From: Zygophlyctis sp. KS116
Taxonomy: Eukaryota > Fungi > Chytridiomycota
DNA length: 32,000 bases
Assembly: GCA_054661495.1 (NCBI GenBank)
Contig: BAAFSQ010000024.1
Coordinates: 1 to 32,000, forward strand
Direction of reading: 5' to 3'
Part shown: piece after piece, positions 12,346 through 23,242 of the stretch
How the letters are laid out: the number at the start of each line of letters is the position of its first letter
How positions within the stretch are numbered: the stretch's first letter is position 1
Notes under the pieces: model-generated
Seen by the model: the letters and a program-made list of their open reading frames with translations, nothing else
The model's database searches: none
What the model was told of the DNA's origin: nothing
Program-made: the position numbers and the translations under genes

Positions 12346-12814
12346 TTAGCCCATTCGATCAGCCATCAAATCCCCTTCAATCCATGCCTTTTGTTTCTCT
12401 CTAAAATCTCTCATGACTCTAGGATCATCAGATTCAATTCCCATTCCCTATTCTTAAGTCTATAAAATATACCATTGTAGGTGTTTTTGCATCTATAATA
12501 TAGTGATTATCACATCCAGGACAGTATTCATCCGCTTCATCAAAAGTACTAGAATTACTGGTTAAAAATTACGATAAATCCTTTCTAAAAACCTTTTTAC
12601 ACTTTTTACATCCAAAAACCATTTCTGTTGTTTTACTAGAAATTAAGAGAGTATTTTACCAGAGTGGATGAGACTCTGCCTCGTCGTGACATTCTGGACA
12701 ATCATACCATTTTTTACAGCAGGCGGCTCTCACAGAGACCTAGGATTAGAATATAAAAGTACTTGGGCATTGAGGATGTGTTTGCCTAAAGTTAGATGTA
12801 AAAAGATTACACAT
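12346..12814 (-). CDS. Small CHY zinc-finger protein, 115 aa, six exons (absent from ORF track)
   Basis: Introns 12786-12810, 12740-12762, 12636-12659, 12549-12572, 12448-12472 give MCKHILNAQVSVRAACCKKWYDCPECHDEAESHPLCKTTEMVFGCKKCKKVFRKDLSTFDEADEYCPGCDNHYIIDAKTP... Confidence 0.9.
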
Positions 12815-12921
12815 TTTATTATCAACTTTTAGTACTTTTAGTTTATTAGTGCGGAGAAAATTTAAATACCTTATAACGACGTAAAAGTCTAATAATTTTA
12901 CTTACTAGCGCAGTAGACTAG

Positions 12922-13591
12922 ATGGAAAAGACTCTAGTCTTCAAGTTTATTACAGTTGGTGACTCTGGAGTTGGAAAGAGTTGTCTGCTACAAAGATTTA
13001 CTACAGATGAATTCTCACAAACAGAAACTACAATTGGAATCGAATTTGGCTCTAAAATTATAAATATTAATTCACAAAATGTAAAATTACAAATTTGGGA
13101 TACTGCAGGACAAGAGGCTTTTAGATCTATTTCTAGAGCTTATTATAGAGGTGCGATTGGAGCATTGATGGTATTTGATGTAGGAAGAAAAGATTCTTTT
13201 CAGCATATTCAGGATTGGTATGATGATGTAATGTCTTTTGGAGATCAAAGTACTCATTGTCTTTTAGTGGCTAATAAAATTGATAGAGAAAGTTCAAGGC
13301 AGATTTCTAGTAGGATGGCTCAAGAATGGGTAATTCAAGTCTAAAAATTTAACTTAGGCTACTAAAAATGGAATGATGTATATTGAAACTTCTGCAAAGA
13401 CTGGGCAGGGAGTGAATTTAGCATTTACAAGTCTAGCTACAACAATTTATAATGAAAATCATTTGGAAAATATGCAAGAATGGAGTCAAGAATTAATTAG
13501 AGAATGGGAAGGAAAAGGAATAAGATTTGGGTCAATAACTGGAATTAAATTGTCTCAGTCTTCAAATTCAAACAATACTTGCTGTTCTTAA
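12922..13591 (+). CDS. Rab GTPase, Rab2/4/14 group, 213 aa
   Basis: GDSGVGKSCLL, TIGIEFG, WDTAGQE, NKID, ETSAK, C-terminal CCS; intron 13330-13357. Confidence 0.9.
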
Positions 13592-13596
13592 CAACT

Positions 13597-14640
13597 TTAC
13601 CACATGCATGAAGTATTTCTTGACAAATATTCCGTCCTGGAATTTTGAGCTGCACGAGTTGCATAAGAATAAACTTTAATTCCAGGAATTTCCCAATTTG
13701 GAAGAATTTCTGAAACTTTTTTAGACCATATAGGAGTTCCAGTTTCTTTTGGAGGAGTTAAAATTCCTGAAGTAGTATAAACAGTAGAATTCTGGTGAGA
13801 TTCAACCCACACCTTTGCAGTTGATGCAATGTTCATAAACTTTGCGTTTGAAAACTAATTTTAGTAAATATAAATACACCTTTTTAAATATTTGCTTTGG
13901 TGGATCATTGACTATATTAGATAATTGATTTATACAAAGTCGTAGAGCTGGATCACTAGAAATCCAATAATTTAAACCCAATATATCTTGTGCTAAAATC
14001 AATGCAGCTCTAGATAAAAAACTAGATTTTTGACCAACAAATCTACGATGAACCAGGGAAATATGTAAAATATAGCTAAAATTAAAATTAAACTTTCACA
14101 CCTAGCGAGTAGTTGTACTTGTATCGGTAATTTCCTATTAGAAAGTGCCACATGCGCCTTCATAAACCCAGGACAATTTGGAGTCCCTATATCAAATCTC
14201 AAATGTCCTAAAATCATCCTTTCCATGTAAATAATTTCCTTTTCTGTAAAAGTTTGACAAGTGATATAAGTAAGACTTTTTAGAGTTGGAACTTTTCCAT
14301 GATTTTCCTCAAATTTTGCAGCAATCCATAGAGCAGCAATTCCAATTAATTGATACTGGGGCCTTTGTATATGAACTTTTGAAGCCATTCTATCTATAAT
14401 TTGAATAGTTAAAAACAGCGTTTCTTCCTTTAGACCATACTCTGAATGAACTTCTATTAGCCACAGTGTTAACATTTTTCTCATTTTCCAAGTGATTTCC
14501 TTTTGAGAGTCAATTATCAATGGTACAGGCAGTGTTTTTTCCTCCAACTCCAACATGAATTGCAGTATTTCTGAGCCATATTCCTTGATATCATGTCTCA
14601 GGATAGACTCTTGAAGAGAGTCTAGAGGAGTGGAGTCCAT
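13597..14640 (-). CDS. Cyclin (A/B-type cyclin box), about 330 aa
   Basis: QKEITWKMRKMLTLWLIEVH, ETLFLTIQIIDR, QLIGIAALWIAAKFEE; introns 14076-14101 and 13855-13879. Confidence 0.88.
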
Positions 14641-14892
14641 TGTGAATTTTGCAAGAATGAGAAATTTGATGATTTTACAAGTCCGACAGGTTGATTTACA
14701 TCCGCTTGATTAAGATTGTCCTTTGCTTTGTATCAACCCTAGGATATGGTATGAAAAATTTAAATCCACTGTTTCACTGTTTAAATGAAAATTTATCGCA
14801 CTAAAACACTAGGTTATAAGACTAAAAAAATTCACTGCGGATAAAAATCCTTATCAGGGTTTCTAAAATCTACAAGGGTTCTTTAAAAAAAA

Positions 14893-14972
14893 CCCAATGA
14901 TGATCAAATGATCGTAAAACTTCATCAGAACACATCCTGTTGATTGAATTTAGTTTCAGCCTTGACTGAGGG
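14893..14972 (+). ncRNA. Box C/D snoRNA, snR41-like (guide for 18S Gm1126, yeast numbering)
   Basis: Box C ATGATGA 14897-14903, D' CAGA 14926-14929, box D CTGA 14966-14969, CCC/GGG terminal stem. AGTTTCAGCCTTG before box D is complementary to conserved 18S CAAGGCUGAAACU; the D+5 rule selects the G after the GCAA loop. Confidence 0.85.
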
Positions 14973-15020
14973 GAGTTTTAGTTTAGAAATTAAAAAAGGT
15001 AATAATAATTTTCTAAAAAT

Positions 15021-15099
15021 GAAAAATGATGAAAATACAGACGGGCGGACAGATTTATTTCTCTAGAAATAAAAAATGCTGATGTCTTTTTCTGATTTC
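15021..15099 (+). ncRNA. Box C/D snoRNA, snR70-like (guide for 18S Cm1639, yeast numbering)
   Basis: Box C ATGATGA 15026-15032, guide GACGGGCGG 15040-15048 complementary to 18S CCGCCCGUC, D' CAGA 15050-15053, internal hairpin, C' ATGCTGA 15076-15082, box D CTGA 15092-15095, GAAA/TTTC terminal stem. Confidence 0.85.
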
Positions 15100-15151
15100 A
15101 ATTTAATTTTATAAAATTCTAATTATTAGTAAAATGTAAGTTGTTTTTAGG

Positions 15152-15237
15152 GTTGTAGATGATGTCTATATATATTTGCTACTTCAGAGATTCTAAAGAG
15201 TCTATGAGACAAAATTCACCATTTAACTGATACAATC
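15152..15237 (+). ncRNA. Box C/D snoRNA U24/snR24-like (guide for LSU Am1449, yeast numbering)
   Basis: Box C ATGATGT 15159-15165, guide ATATTTGCTACT 15172-15183 complementary to LSU AGUAGCAAAUAU, D' CAGA 15185-15188, C' ATGAGAC 15204-15210, box D CTGA 15227-15230, TTGTA/TACAA terminal stem. Layout matches yeast U24 as I recall it. Confidence 0.88.
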
Positions 15238-15349
15238 AATTCCTTGGAATTAACATTTAGGTTTAAGAAATTCTCTTTATAATTTTAACCTTGAACTCTA
15301 CCCCTTGAGCCTCAACACTGTTTTTTAAATATAAACCCTTGTCAACAAA

Positions 15350-16388
15350 ATGAACACTGCGCTTAAGGCTCAAGAATTAATGCCAACTGTGATTCTCGGA
15401 AGTAGAAAGTCGGAACTGGCAATGGTTCAGACTAGAATGGTTTTAAAAGAATTAAAAGAATTATATCCAGATATAAATTTTGAAATTATTGGAATAACTA
15501 CAACTGGAGACAAAATACTCGATAAAGCACTCTTTAAAATTGGATCTAAATCTCTCTTTACTAAAGAATTAGAAATTGCACTACAGGATTCAACAGTGGA
15601 TTTAGTGGTTCATTCTTTAAAAGATCTTCCGACTACTCTTCCAGAAGGAATGGCTCTAGGATCAGTCATGGAAAGAGAGGATCCTAGAGATGCTGTTGTC
15701 ATGTCTCCGAAATACAAGGGTTTCAAATTGGAAACTTTACCTGCAGGATCAGTGGTTGGAACAAGTTCAGTGAGACGTTCTGCTCAATTAAAAAGGAAAT
15801 TTCCAAATTTGGAATTTCAAGATGTTGTAATTATTTAAAAAAGAAATAATTAAAAAGAGAGGAAATTTAAACACAAGACTAAGGAAATTGGATGAAATTG
15901 ATTCTCCTTATGCTGCTTTATTACTAGCTTATGCAGGAGTTCATAGGCTAGGATGGGATCATCGAATTTCTCAAGTTTTATCTAATGATATTTTATTACA
16001 TGCAGTCTCACAAGGTGCAATAGGAATTGAATGTAGACTAGGAGATGAAAATATTTTAAAGATTTTAGAGTCTTTAACTCACTTTGAGACTCTATTACGT
16101 GTAACTGCTGAAAGATCTTTTATGAGACATTTAGAAGGTGGATGTTCAGTGCCTTTGGGAGTTTATACAATTCTTTCTATTGATGAAATTTCTAGTTTAA
16201 CTTTAATGGGATCAGTAACTTCTCTTGATGGTTCTACACACATTCAAGAATCTCTAATGATTACTTTTGACAACTTGATTGATAAATCTTTAAAATTAGA
16301 TTTGGCTGAAAAATTGGGAAAAGATCTTTCCCAAATTTTGATTGATTTGGGAGCACGAGAGATTCTACAATCAATCAGAATACAATGA
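15350..16388 (+). CDS. HEM3: Porphobilinogen deaminase, 335 aa
   Basis: [36 protein letters not shown]|[16 protein letters not shown]; intron 15827-15857. Confidence 0.96.
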
Positions 16389-16469
16389 ATACAAGTTTTA
16401 ATGTGTGTTAAAAGTGAATAAAGTTGTGAATCGTTCAGAGACCTAAGCATTGTGTCACTGAAGCGAAAA

Positions 16470-17305
16470 ATGCCTTCAGAGTTTACAAATGAATTGATTG
16501 CAGGGACTGTCGGCGGTTGGGCACAAGTAGCAATCGGACATCCATTTGATACGGTGAAAGTCTTATTACAAACTAACTCTGAATATAAAAATGCATGGAC
16601 TTGTTTTCAAAGAACCGTTCAATCTCAGGGAATAGTATCACTGTACAAAGGATCTCTTTCCCCTTTTATCGGATTTGGGATCTGTAATGCAGTTGTATTT
16701 TCTGCTAATGGCTTTTTTAAGAGACAATTATCAAATGGATCTCATGAATTATCACTAGGAAAAGTTATTCTAGCAGGAGGATGCTCAGGAGCAATAGTTT
16801 CAATTATTAACTGTCCTTTTGAACTAGTAAAGGTCAAACTTCAAACTTCAAATGTAATTTATTATGTTAATGGTAGAATGCATACAAGAATGTTTTTGAT
16901 TGTGGCTTGAATATCTTAAAAAGTCAGGGAGTTAAAGGTCTATACAGAGGTTTCCCAATTACAATGGCTAGAGATATTCCAAGTTTTGCTTCATATTTTG
17001 GAATGTATGAAGGCGTTAAAAGGCTTTTCAAGTCTCAAGATATTTCAGGAAAATGGACTCTGTTAGTTGCCGGTGGAGTTGCTGGAATAGCTGCTTGGTT
17101 GCCTGGTTATCCGCAAGATTTAGTCAAATCTAGAATTCAGTATCAATCTGGACCTTTTACTACTCTTGATGTAATTAAGCAAACGTATCAAAAATCTGGC
17201 TTGACTGGATTTTTTCGTGGATTATCTCCTACACTTGCTAGAGCTGTTCCTGTTAATGCAGCAGTTTTCTACGTGTACGAATGGACAATTGCGCAGTTAA
17301 TTTAA
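16470..17305 (+). CDS. Mitochondrial carrier (SLC25; carnitine/basic amino-acid carrier-like), 270 aa
   Basis: Three Px[D/E]xxK signatures: HPFDTVK, CPFELVK, YPQDLVKSR; intron 16854-16876. Confidence 0.9.
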
Positions 17306-17372
17306 GTTTAGAAAATATATTTTTGCGGTTAATTGTTGAAGGAGGCGACCATTGTGACTAGGATTTTCTGAA

Positions 17373-18463
17373 ATGGAGAAACGAAAGCAGGAATTCTCTC
17401 AAAATACAGCCAAAAAAGTTAAAATTGAAGAGGAAATTGATGAAGAGGATGATCTAGAGAGTATCTAATTTTAAGATTAAATTCAGGGAAAAAGAATAAC
17501 CGAAAATTGAAAGAATTGGGGACGGAGTCGGATGAATCCGATGCTTCTATTGAAACTGACACTGACCAGGAAGAAGATCAGGATCAGAAAGACGATAAAG
17601 AAGATGACATGTTTGGAGAATCATTTGAAAAGAGGAAGAAAAAGGCATTGGATAAACAAGATATTGAGGGTCAGGAGTGGGATAATGGTCCCGAAGATGA
17701 TGAGAAATTCGAGCCTTTTAATCTAGAAAAGGAAATGGAAGAAGGGCATTTTGATGAAGCAGGCTACTATGTGCGCAAAAAAGATGAATTAGCTATTCAT
17801 GATACGTGGTTGCAGGGAATTACTAAAGAGGAAATTGAGAAGGCTCGCAATGCCCAAGATAAAATAAATAACAAGAATGAAGAATTTCAAGAAGTCAAGA
17901 AAGATGCAAATCAGTTGTGGTTGGAAGTGCTAAATTTTTTAAAAACAACAGAAACACTTACATTGGCATTGAAAAGATTTGGGGGTACAAAAGAGCCTGC
18001 TTGGAAAAAGAAAAAATCTACTAAAAGCAAGGTTTATTACATATATAATGCTAATTAAAAGGATGAAGTTCCCCGTGATGTTGAGAAGATTAATCAGTTA
18101 ACTTCTTTGAGTGACCAGCTAATGTCGTTGGGCCACTTTGATATTTATGATCTGAATTATGAGCAAATTATCGATAAATTAAAAAAACAGAGTGTAGTTG
18201 GGAATGATTGGATTCCAGGAAAGCCGATCGGATCTAATAGACATGGCAAATCTAGTATTCAAGCCAGCATTTTCTATGAATTCAAATGGGAAAATAATGC
18301 AAATGAGGTATTCGGTCCCTTTGGAGTAGACGATATGAAATTATGGCAAAAACAAGGATATTTCGATCAGGCTTCTTCCAAAGCATGGATTAGAAAAGTT
18401 AGAAGTGCAGAATACGCCTTACAAGATGAGTTCAAAGAATATGAACCTGATATGCAATTTTAA
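17373..18463 (+). CDS. LIN1/CD2BP2 (U5-52K) GYF-domain protein, 344 aa
   Basis: EPFNLEKEMEEGHFDEAGYYV, D.WL and C-terminal GYF domain EFKWE...VFGPF...MKLWQKQGYF; introns 17461-17486 and 18032-18061. Confidence 0.88.
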
Positions 18464-18467
18464 AATG

Positions 18468-21400
18468 TTACCAATCTCTGGATGTTATTTTTGTATAATA
18501 TTGACTTCTCGATATCTGGATAGAATTTTTATGTATCGCATAGAATGCGGGGCAATCATGTGAAATGCAAGGGATATTTGTGCCAGAGAAAGTATAATAT
18601 GAAGAGCATGATCTACAGATTTCGTTCAAGTTTTTGAGTTTTAGTTCACTGTCTCTGATTCTATACATCAGAACTGTAACAGTAGTCTGCGGATCTGTAA
18701 AGCATCTCCGACATAAGTCTTTCGTTTATGCAAGTGATTGATTACCTTTGTCAGATGGTCGTTTACAGCAAAAGCAATTTTTCGGCGCATAATATTGATC
18801 AATCGTTTTGCAATTCTTTTGGCTATTCATAAAATCAATGGAATAATTTTTCTTTGGCATTTCGATAAACCACTTTAAAACGTTTACATCAAATAATGTG
18901 AATACACGAGATAACGCCGGAATAATTTGTTTTGTGATATAATAATGACCGTTTATTCTGAGGCTTCTAAAATTTAGAAAAAAATTCAAAAAATTACTTA
19001 TCCGAAAAAAATTCGTCCAGTGATACAACGCAGTCAATTAAACGATCTTTCATGCCTCTATGAACGACTAGATATGGCACTCTTTCTCCATATTGCGGTT
19101 CTAGGCGGGCGTCATCTTGCATTTTTTTAACACTTATCATTGCTCCAGGAGGAAGAGATCTTTGATTTAATTCAATTCGAACGTACTTATATGAACCAAG
19201 CTTAACTTCTTTCGCAATGACGAAGTCTTGAAACAATACGTCTTCGGCCAAAATTTTGGTCCATTGTCTAATAAGATATTCTTTGATAATTGACAAATCC
19301 TTTGTACGAAAAAGAAGTCTAGCATTAAAATTAATAATAATACTTCAAAGACTTCTCGAGAATTTTAGATACAGCTGGGCATCCGTCTCTGCGAACAGTC
19401 TCAATCCCCTTAGCGTCAAAAACAGGATCTTCATCAGTCAAATTTTCAAACTTAAATCCAACATATCGCTTTTTTGCCAACAGTACACACGGCAGATAAA
19501 CTTTTTCGAATTTAAGTTTCATGGGATATGGTGTCTGGGAGGTTATCAGGCCAACAATGTCGCTTCCAGCTTTGAATGCGGCTTCCTTACTCTGATTAGG
19601 AAGTTCAACAAACAATGAGTCCTTGTTGTTAGTAACAGGATATGAAAAAAGTTTTACCGTATCACCATACACAACTTTCGCCGACTTATTGATAATATAC
19701 ACACTCTATGAATTAAATTCCAAATACTTTACTTTTTCTAAGATTTCTCTTCCGGTAATCACTATAGCATCCGCTATGTCACAACATGGCATTCTCCCAC
19801 TAAAACTCGCCCCTGCATAGCCATATGTCACATTGGCAAGAAGTTTTAAGCCTAATTGTCTAGACTCCATCATTCTTAGCAAGCTCTTAATATTAAATTA
19901 AAATTGTAAACCTTATGACCCTTGTATAATTTCATAGACTTTTTAACTAGCACTCTTGTATCTAGGAGCTCTTGTAGCATTCTCCCTAAAACTCCACGCC
20001 TGATATGTTCCTTGACAAATACAACGCCATTAGGGGCAACTTAATATTATAAATTTAATTAATTTACTATTTACATGTTCCCTCAAGCTATCAAGCTGCT
20101 CTAATGGTATTGCATAATTGTCCAAAACTCCCAACTTTTTGCTGCCTCCCATACCTTTAATTCTGCCAAGACAAGTTGAAAAGCAATAGTTGTAAGCGAT
20201 CATTATACTGGGATAAAGTGATTGGAAATCCAAAACTATTACTGGAGATGTATAAAACTGGCTTTGTGGCTCCATTACCAACGGTAGGCCTTCTATCGGA
20301 TTCATATCCGCCACCTAGTCAAATTATTAAATATATCGATTGCCTGTTGTCTGGATGGGCTAATCATTACATAATTTTCCGGTGTAGCTAGTCTAAACAT
20401 CATTGATTCTACTCGAAATTGTGATCCTCTAGAAAGAACATCTGAAAATTCAATTCCATATATTCTTGCAAATTCACTTAAGTTCATCAAGTAAATAGTT
20501 TTACCTAGTTTTACCAATTATATCCAGCTCATATAATATCATTAAACATATTTGCACACGTAAAAAGTAATATTTGTATGTTCTCCATCGACTGAGGATG
20601 CCTGAAGCATACCATAAAGACAATACTGTGTTAGAAAACTTTGGAAATCTTTGATTTAGAACTTTGAATGCAACGTTTTCCAATGTATACGAAGTTAATG
20701 CTAGTTCTGACCTCATTAATCGCCAAACATTTAAAAAGATTCTTCCGGTACAACTTAAACACGAATTCTTTTTATGACCATAAGGATTCTCTTCTTTTGT
20801 TGATGTCGATTTACTTTTTTCTACTTTGATTCGGGAAAGTTGCGCTCCAAAATTGATCTGGAATATTTCTGCACGCTGGAAAAGATATCCCCATGACGAG
20901 GAGTTAATTTCATATCCTAAAAGAATATCAGGGTCGATGTCTTTCACGAGTTCAACTACAGCTTGAAGCAAATTGAATTCATTGGAAACAATTTTAATAT
21001 CGTAATCTGGTGTTATTTTCTAAAGTGCATACCAGAAATGCCCATTTTGCATATATTCAATTCATCTTGGACCGCGATTGCTCCTACATGATATCCAGGC
21101 TTAATTCCATTTGTTCCTAACTCGGGTATATCTTCATTATATATTGCATAGTAGATGACTGATACCGGGTCAACTTCAGGATCCGGCAATTTCTCTGTTC
21201 TAGATTGAGCTAAATTTAACAACAGATTACTAAATTACCATGAGCTTCCAAGCCAAGTAATGTAAGGTAGTTTTTCTTGTGTTGTGATTTCTCAGATAAA
21301 GGCTGGGAACGTTTGATTCCTTTATCACTGTTTTGCGTTGGGCCCTCCAAAAATGAAACTGTTCTACCTAAAATGTTGAGAGAATTTCTGTCTTTCCAAG

Positions 21401-22994
21401 CCTTGACAATATCTACGGAGGGAGGCACTTTCCGTAAAGTCCATTTGGTCGTATTACTGTTGTTTGCTGCAAGAATATGAGTATTAAGAGGAAGATCAAT
21501 CGGATTTGAATAAAATGGCTCCGTATAAATTACTTGAGTTTGAAAATGAAGTTTTGATTCGTGAGGATTTACATTTTTTGATAGATGAGTTGATGTCTGC
21601 TTGCTCAAATCTTGAGGTGATTTGTATGGCTTTGAATTCTTAGAAAAACTCGTTGAAAAATCACAGATATCAATCTCAACGGCTTCATCATAAGCGCCGT
21701 CAAGTTGTGGTATGTAATGGCCTGAATCTTTTTCTTCTATAAAAGAATCATCCGACATATTTGTCATGGAATAATATGCAGCAAGGGATCCTTCTTCAAG
21801 GCTACTATTTTCGATTGGATATTTTCTGATTGGAGTTTGTACAGAATGCAATTCTTTCTTTGTTTCTAGTAATAAGGGTGTCTGAATTTCCGCCAAAAGA
21901 GCATCAATATCATCATCATCCTTAATAAAATCATCAGAATCATCTTCAGAGTTATTGTCCATAATTGATAATAATGCATTTTCAGTTTCTAAATCAACCA
22001 TACTTTCAGACACTCCGGAAGCCCTTATTTCTTCAGTTTGAACAATTGGATCAGGATTTAATGTGACATCCATCTGAGAATAAATTAAAGACTCTCTTTC
22101 AAAATATTCTTCATTCCAAAGTCCAAGAATAGCTTGAAACGTTGTTGGGACACCATCATCCACCCAACCTGGAAATTCGAAACCTTTGAAGTTTTTTCCA
22201 TCAAGAATCCTATTAAATTCTTCCCTTAAATCATTACTATTTCTCCACTCAAATGGAACACTTCTTTTATCATCTTGAGAGTCTTGTTTAATGTCTTCCA
22301 AACCATATAATTCTCTTTGTTCCGCCTCATCTTTCTAAAATTACATTAAAACTATTACCCATATACTTTCCAACGATGGAACAAATTTTTGAATTTCTGC
22401 AAAGTTATTCCCAATTAGATTTATACATGGTCTTTCCTTTACTTTTCTTATTATATCTCTTGCATGTGCGTGATCATTTACAACCTTTTTAAATTCTACA
22501 TGTCCCATACCATATATTTCAAAATCGATCATAAATTGCAAAATAAAGGATAAATGTGAATGAAAAGTTTGAAATTTAGTCCCTAATATCCAACCTTTTT
22601 CCAAAAGATTAACTAGTTTCCCAATTAAAAAATGATTATACAAGTAAATCTTTAGAAAGTATGAATATCCAGCATGAAATCCATAGAATGGAATTCCTTT
22701 AACAAGAATGATCCCTGGAACATAATCATCTTCCCTTCCCAAGAGCAACGAAAGCGCCTGATTAATAGCATTTTTCAGATCAAGAATGAATATATTTGGA
22801 TCTTGCTTTGCTTCAAAAGGAATATAAAAATAAGGAAATACACCATGCAAATGAATGATTCTAGTTGCCTTGTTTTCCTTACAAAACATTACAATGACTG
22901 GAACTTTTCTGACGATCGAGTTGAACATTGAATGCATTAAATCTAGCTGAGGATTTGGATCATCCATATAAGTTTCCAGAGAGAAAACCAGCAT
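18468..22994 (-). CDS. REV3: DNA polymerase zeta catalytic subunit, about 1387 aa
   Basis: [39 protein letters not shown]|[11 protein letters not shown], CysA/CysB. Thirteen introns: 22335-22358, 21210-21238, 21007-21032, 20477-20504, 20315-20343 (GC-AG), 20040-20067, 19886-19911, 19706-19732, 19622-19657, 19319-19343, 19160-19186, 18967-18997, 18719-18745; spliced length 4164 nt. Confidence 0.95.
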
Positions 22995-23056
22995 ATCAAC
23001 TGTGTGCTCTTTGTATTTCGAATATTGCCAAGTGTTAGGTGATTCCAGTAATGCTC

Positions 23057-23108
23057 GTAATACTATGAATGCTAGTATTGTTGGAAATACTAGGTAATAC
23101 TATGAATG
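23057..23108. repeat. 15-bp direct repeats exactly flanking a 22-bp hairpin
   Basis: GTAATACTATGAATG (23057-23071) - CTAGTATT gttgga AATACTAG - GTAATACTATGAATG (23094-23108). Confidence 0.85.
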
Positions 23109-23242
23109 ATATTGATGGAGGGGAATAGTATTCTCTTGTCCGGACATGTCTAGTAATAAATCTCACACTGTCAATTCTGAGACAGAAGTAAACCCTGCGC
23201 CTACAGATTTAACTGATTTCCATTCAGTCTACCAATTCTTGA

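Noticed and set aside
14641-14890. Fourth snoRNA (snR51 equivalent)
   Set aside because: No box C/box D pair and no Am100-type guide found.
14915-14965. Minus-strand hammerhead ribozyme (CTGATGA and GAAA)
   Set aside because: Stems I and III cannot be formed; the plus-strand snoRNA explains the sequence.
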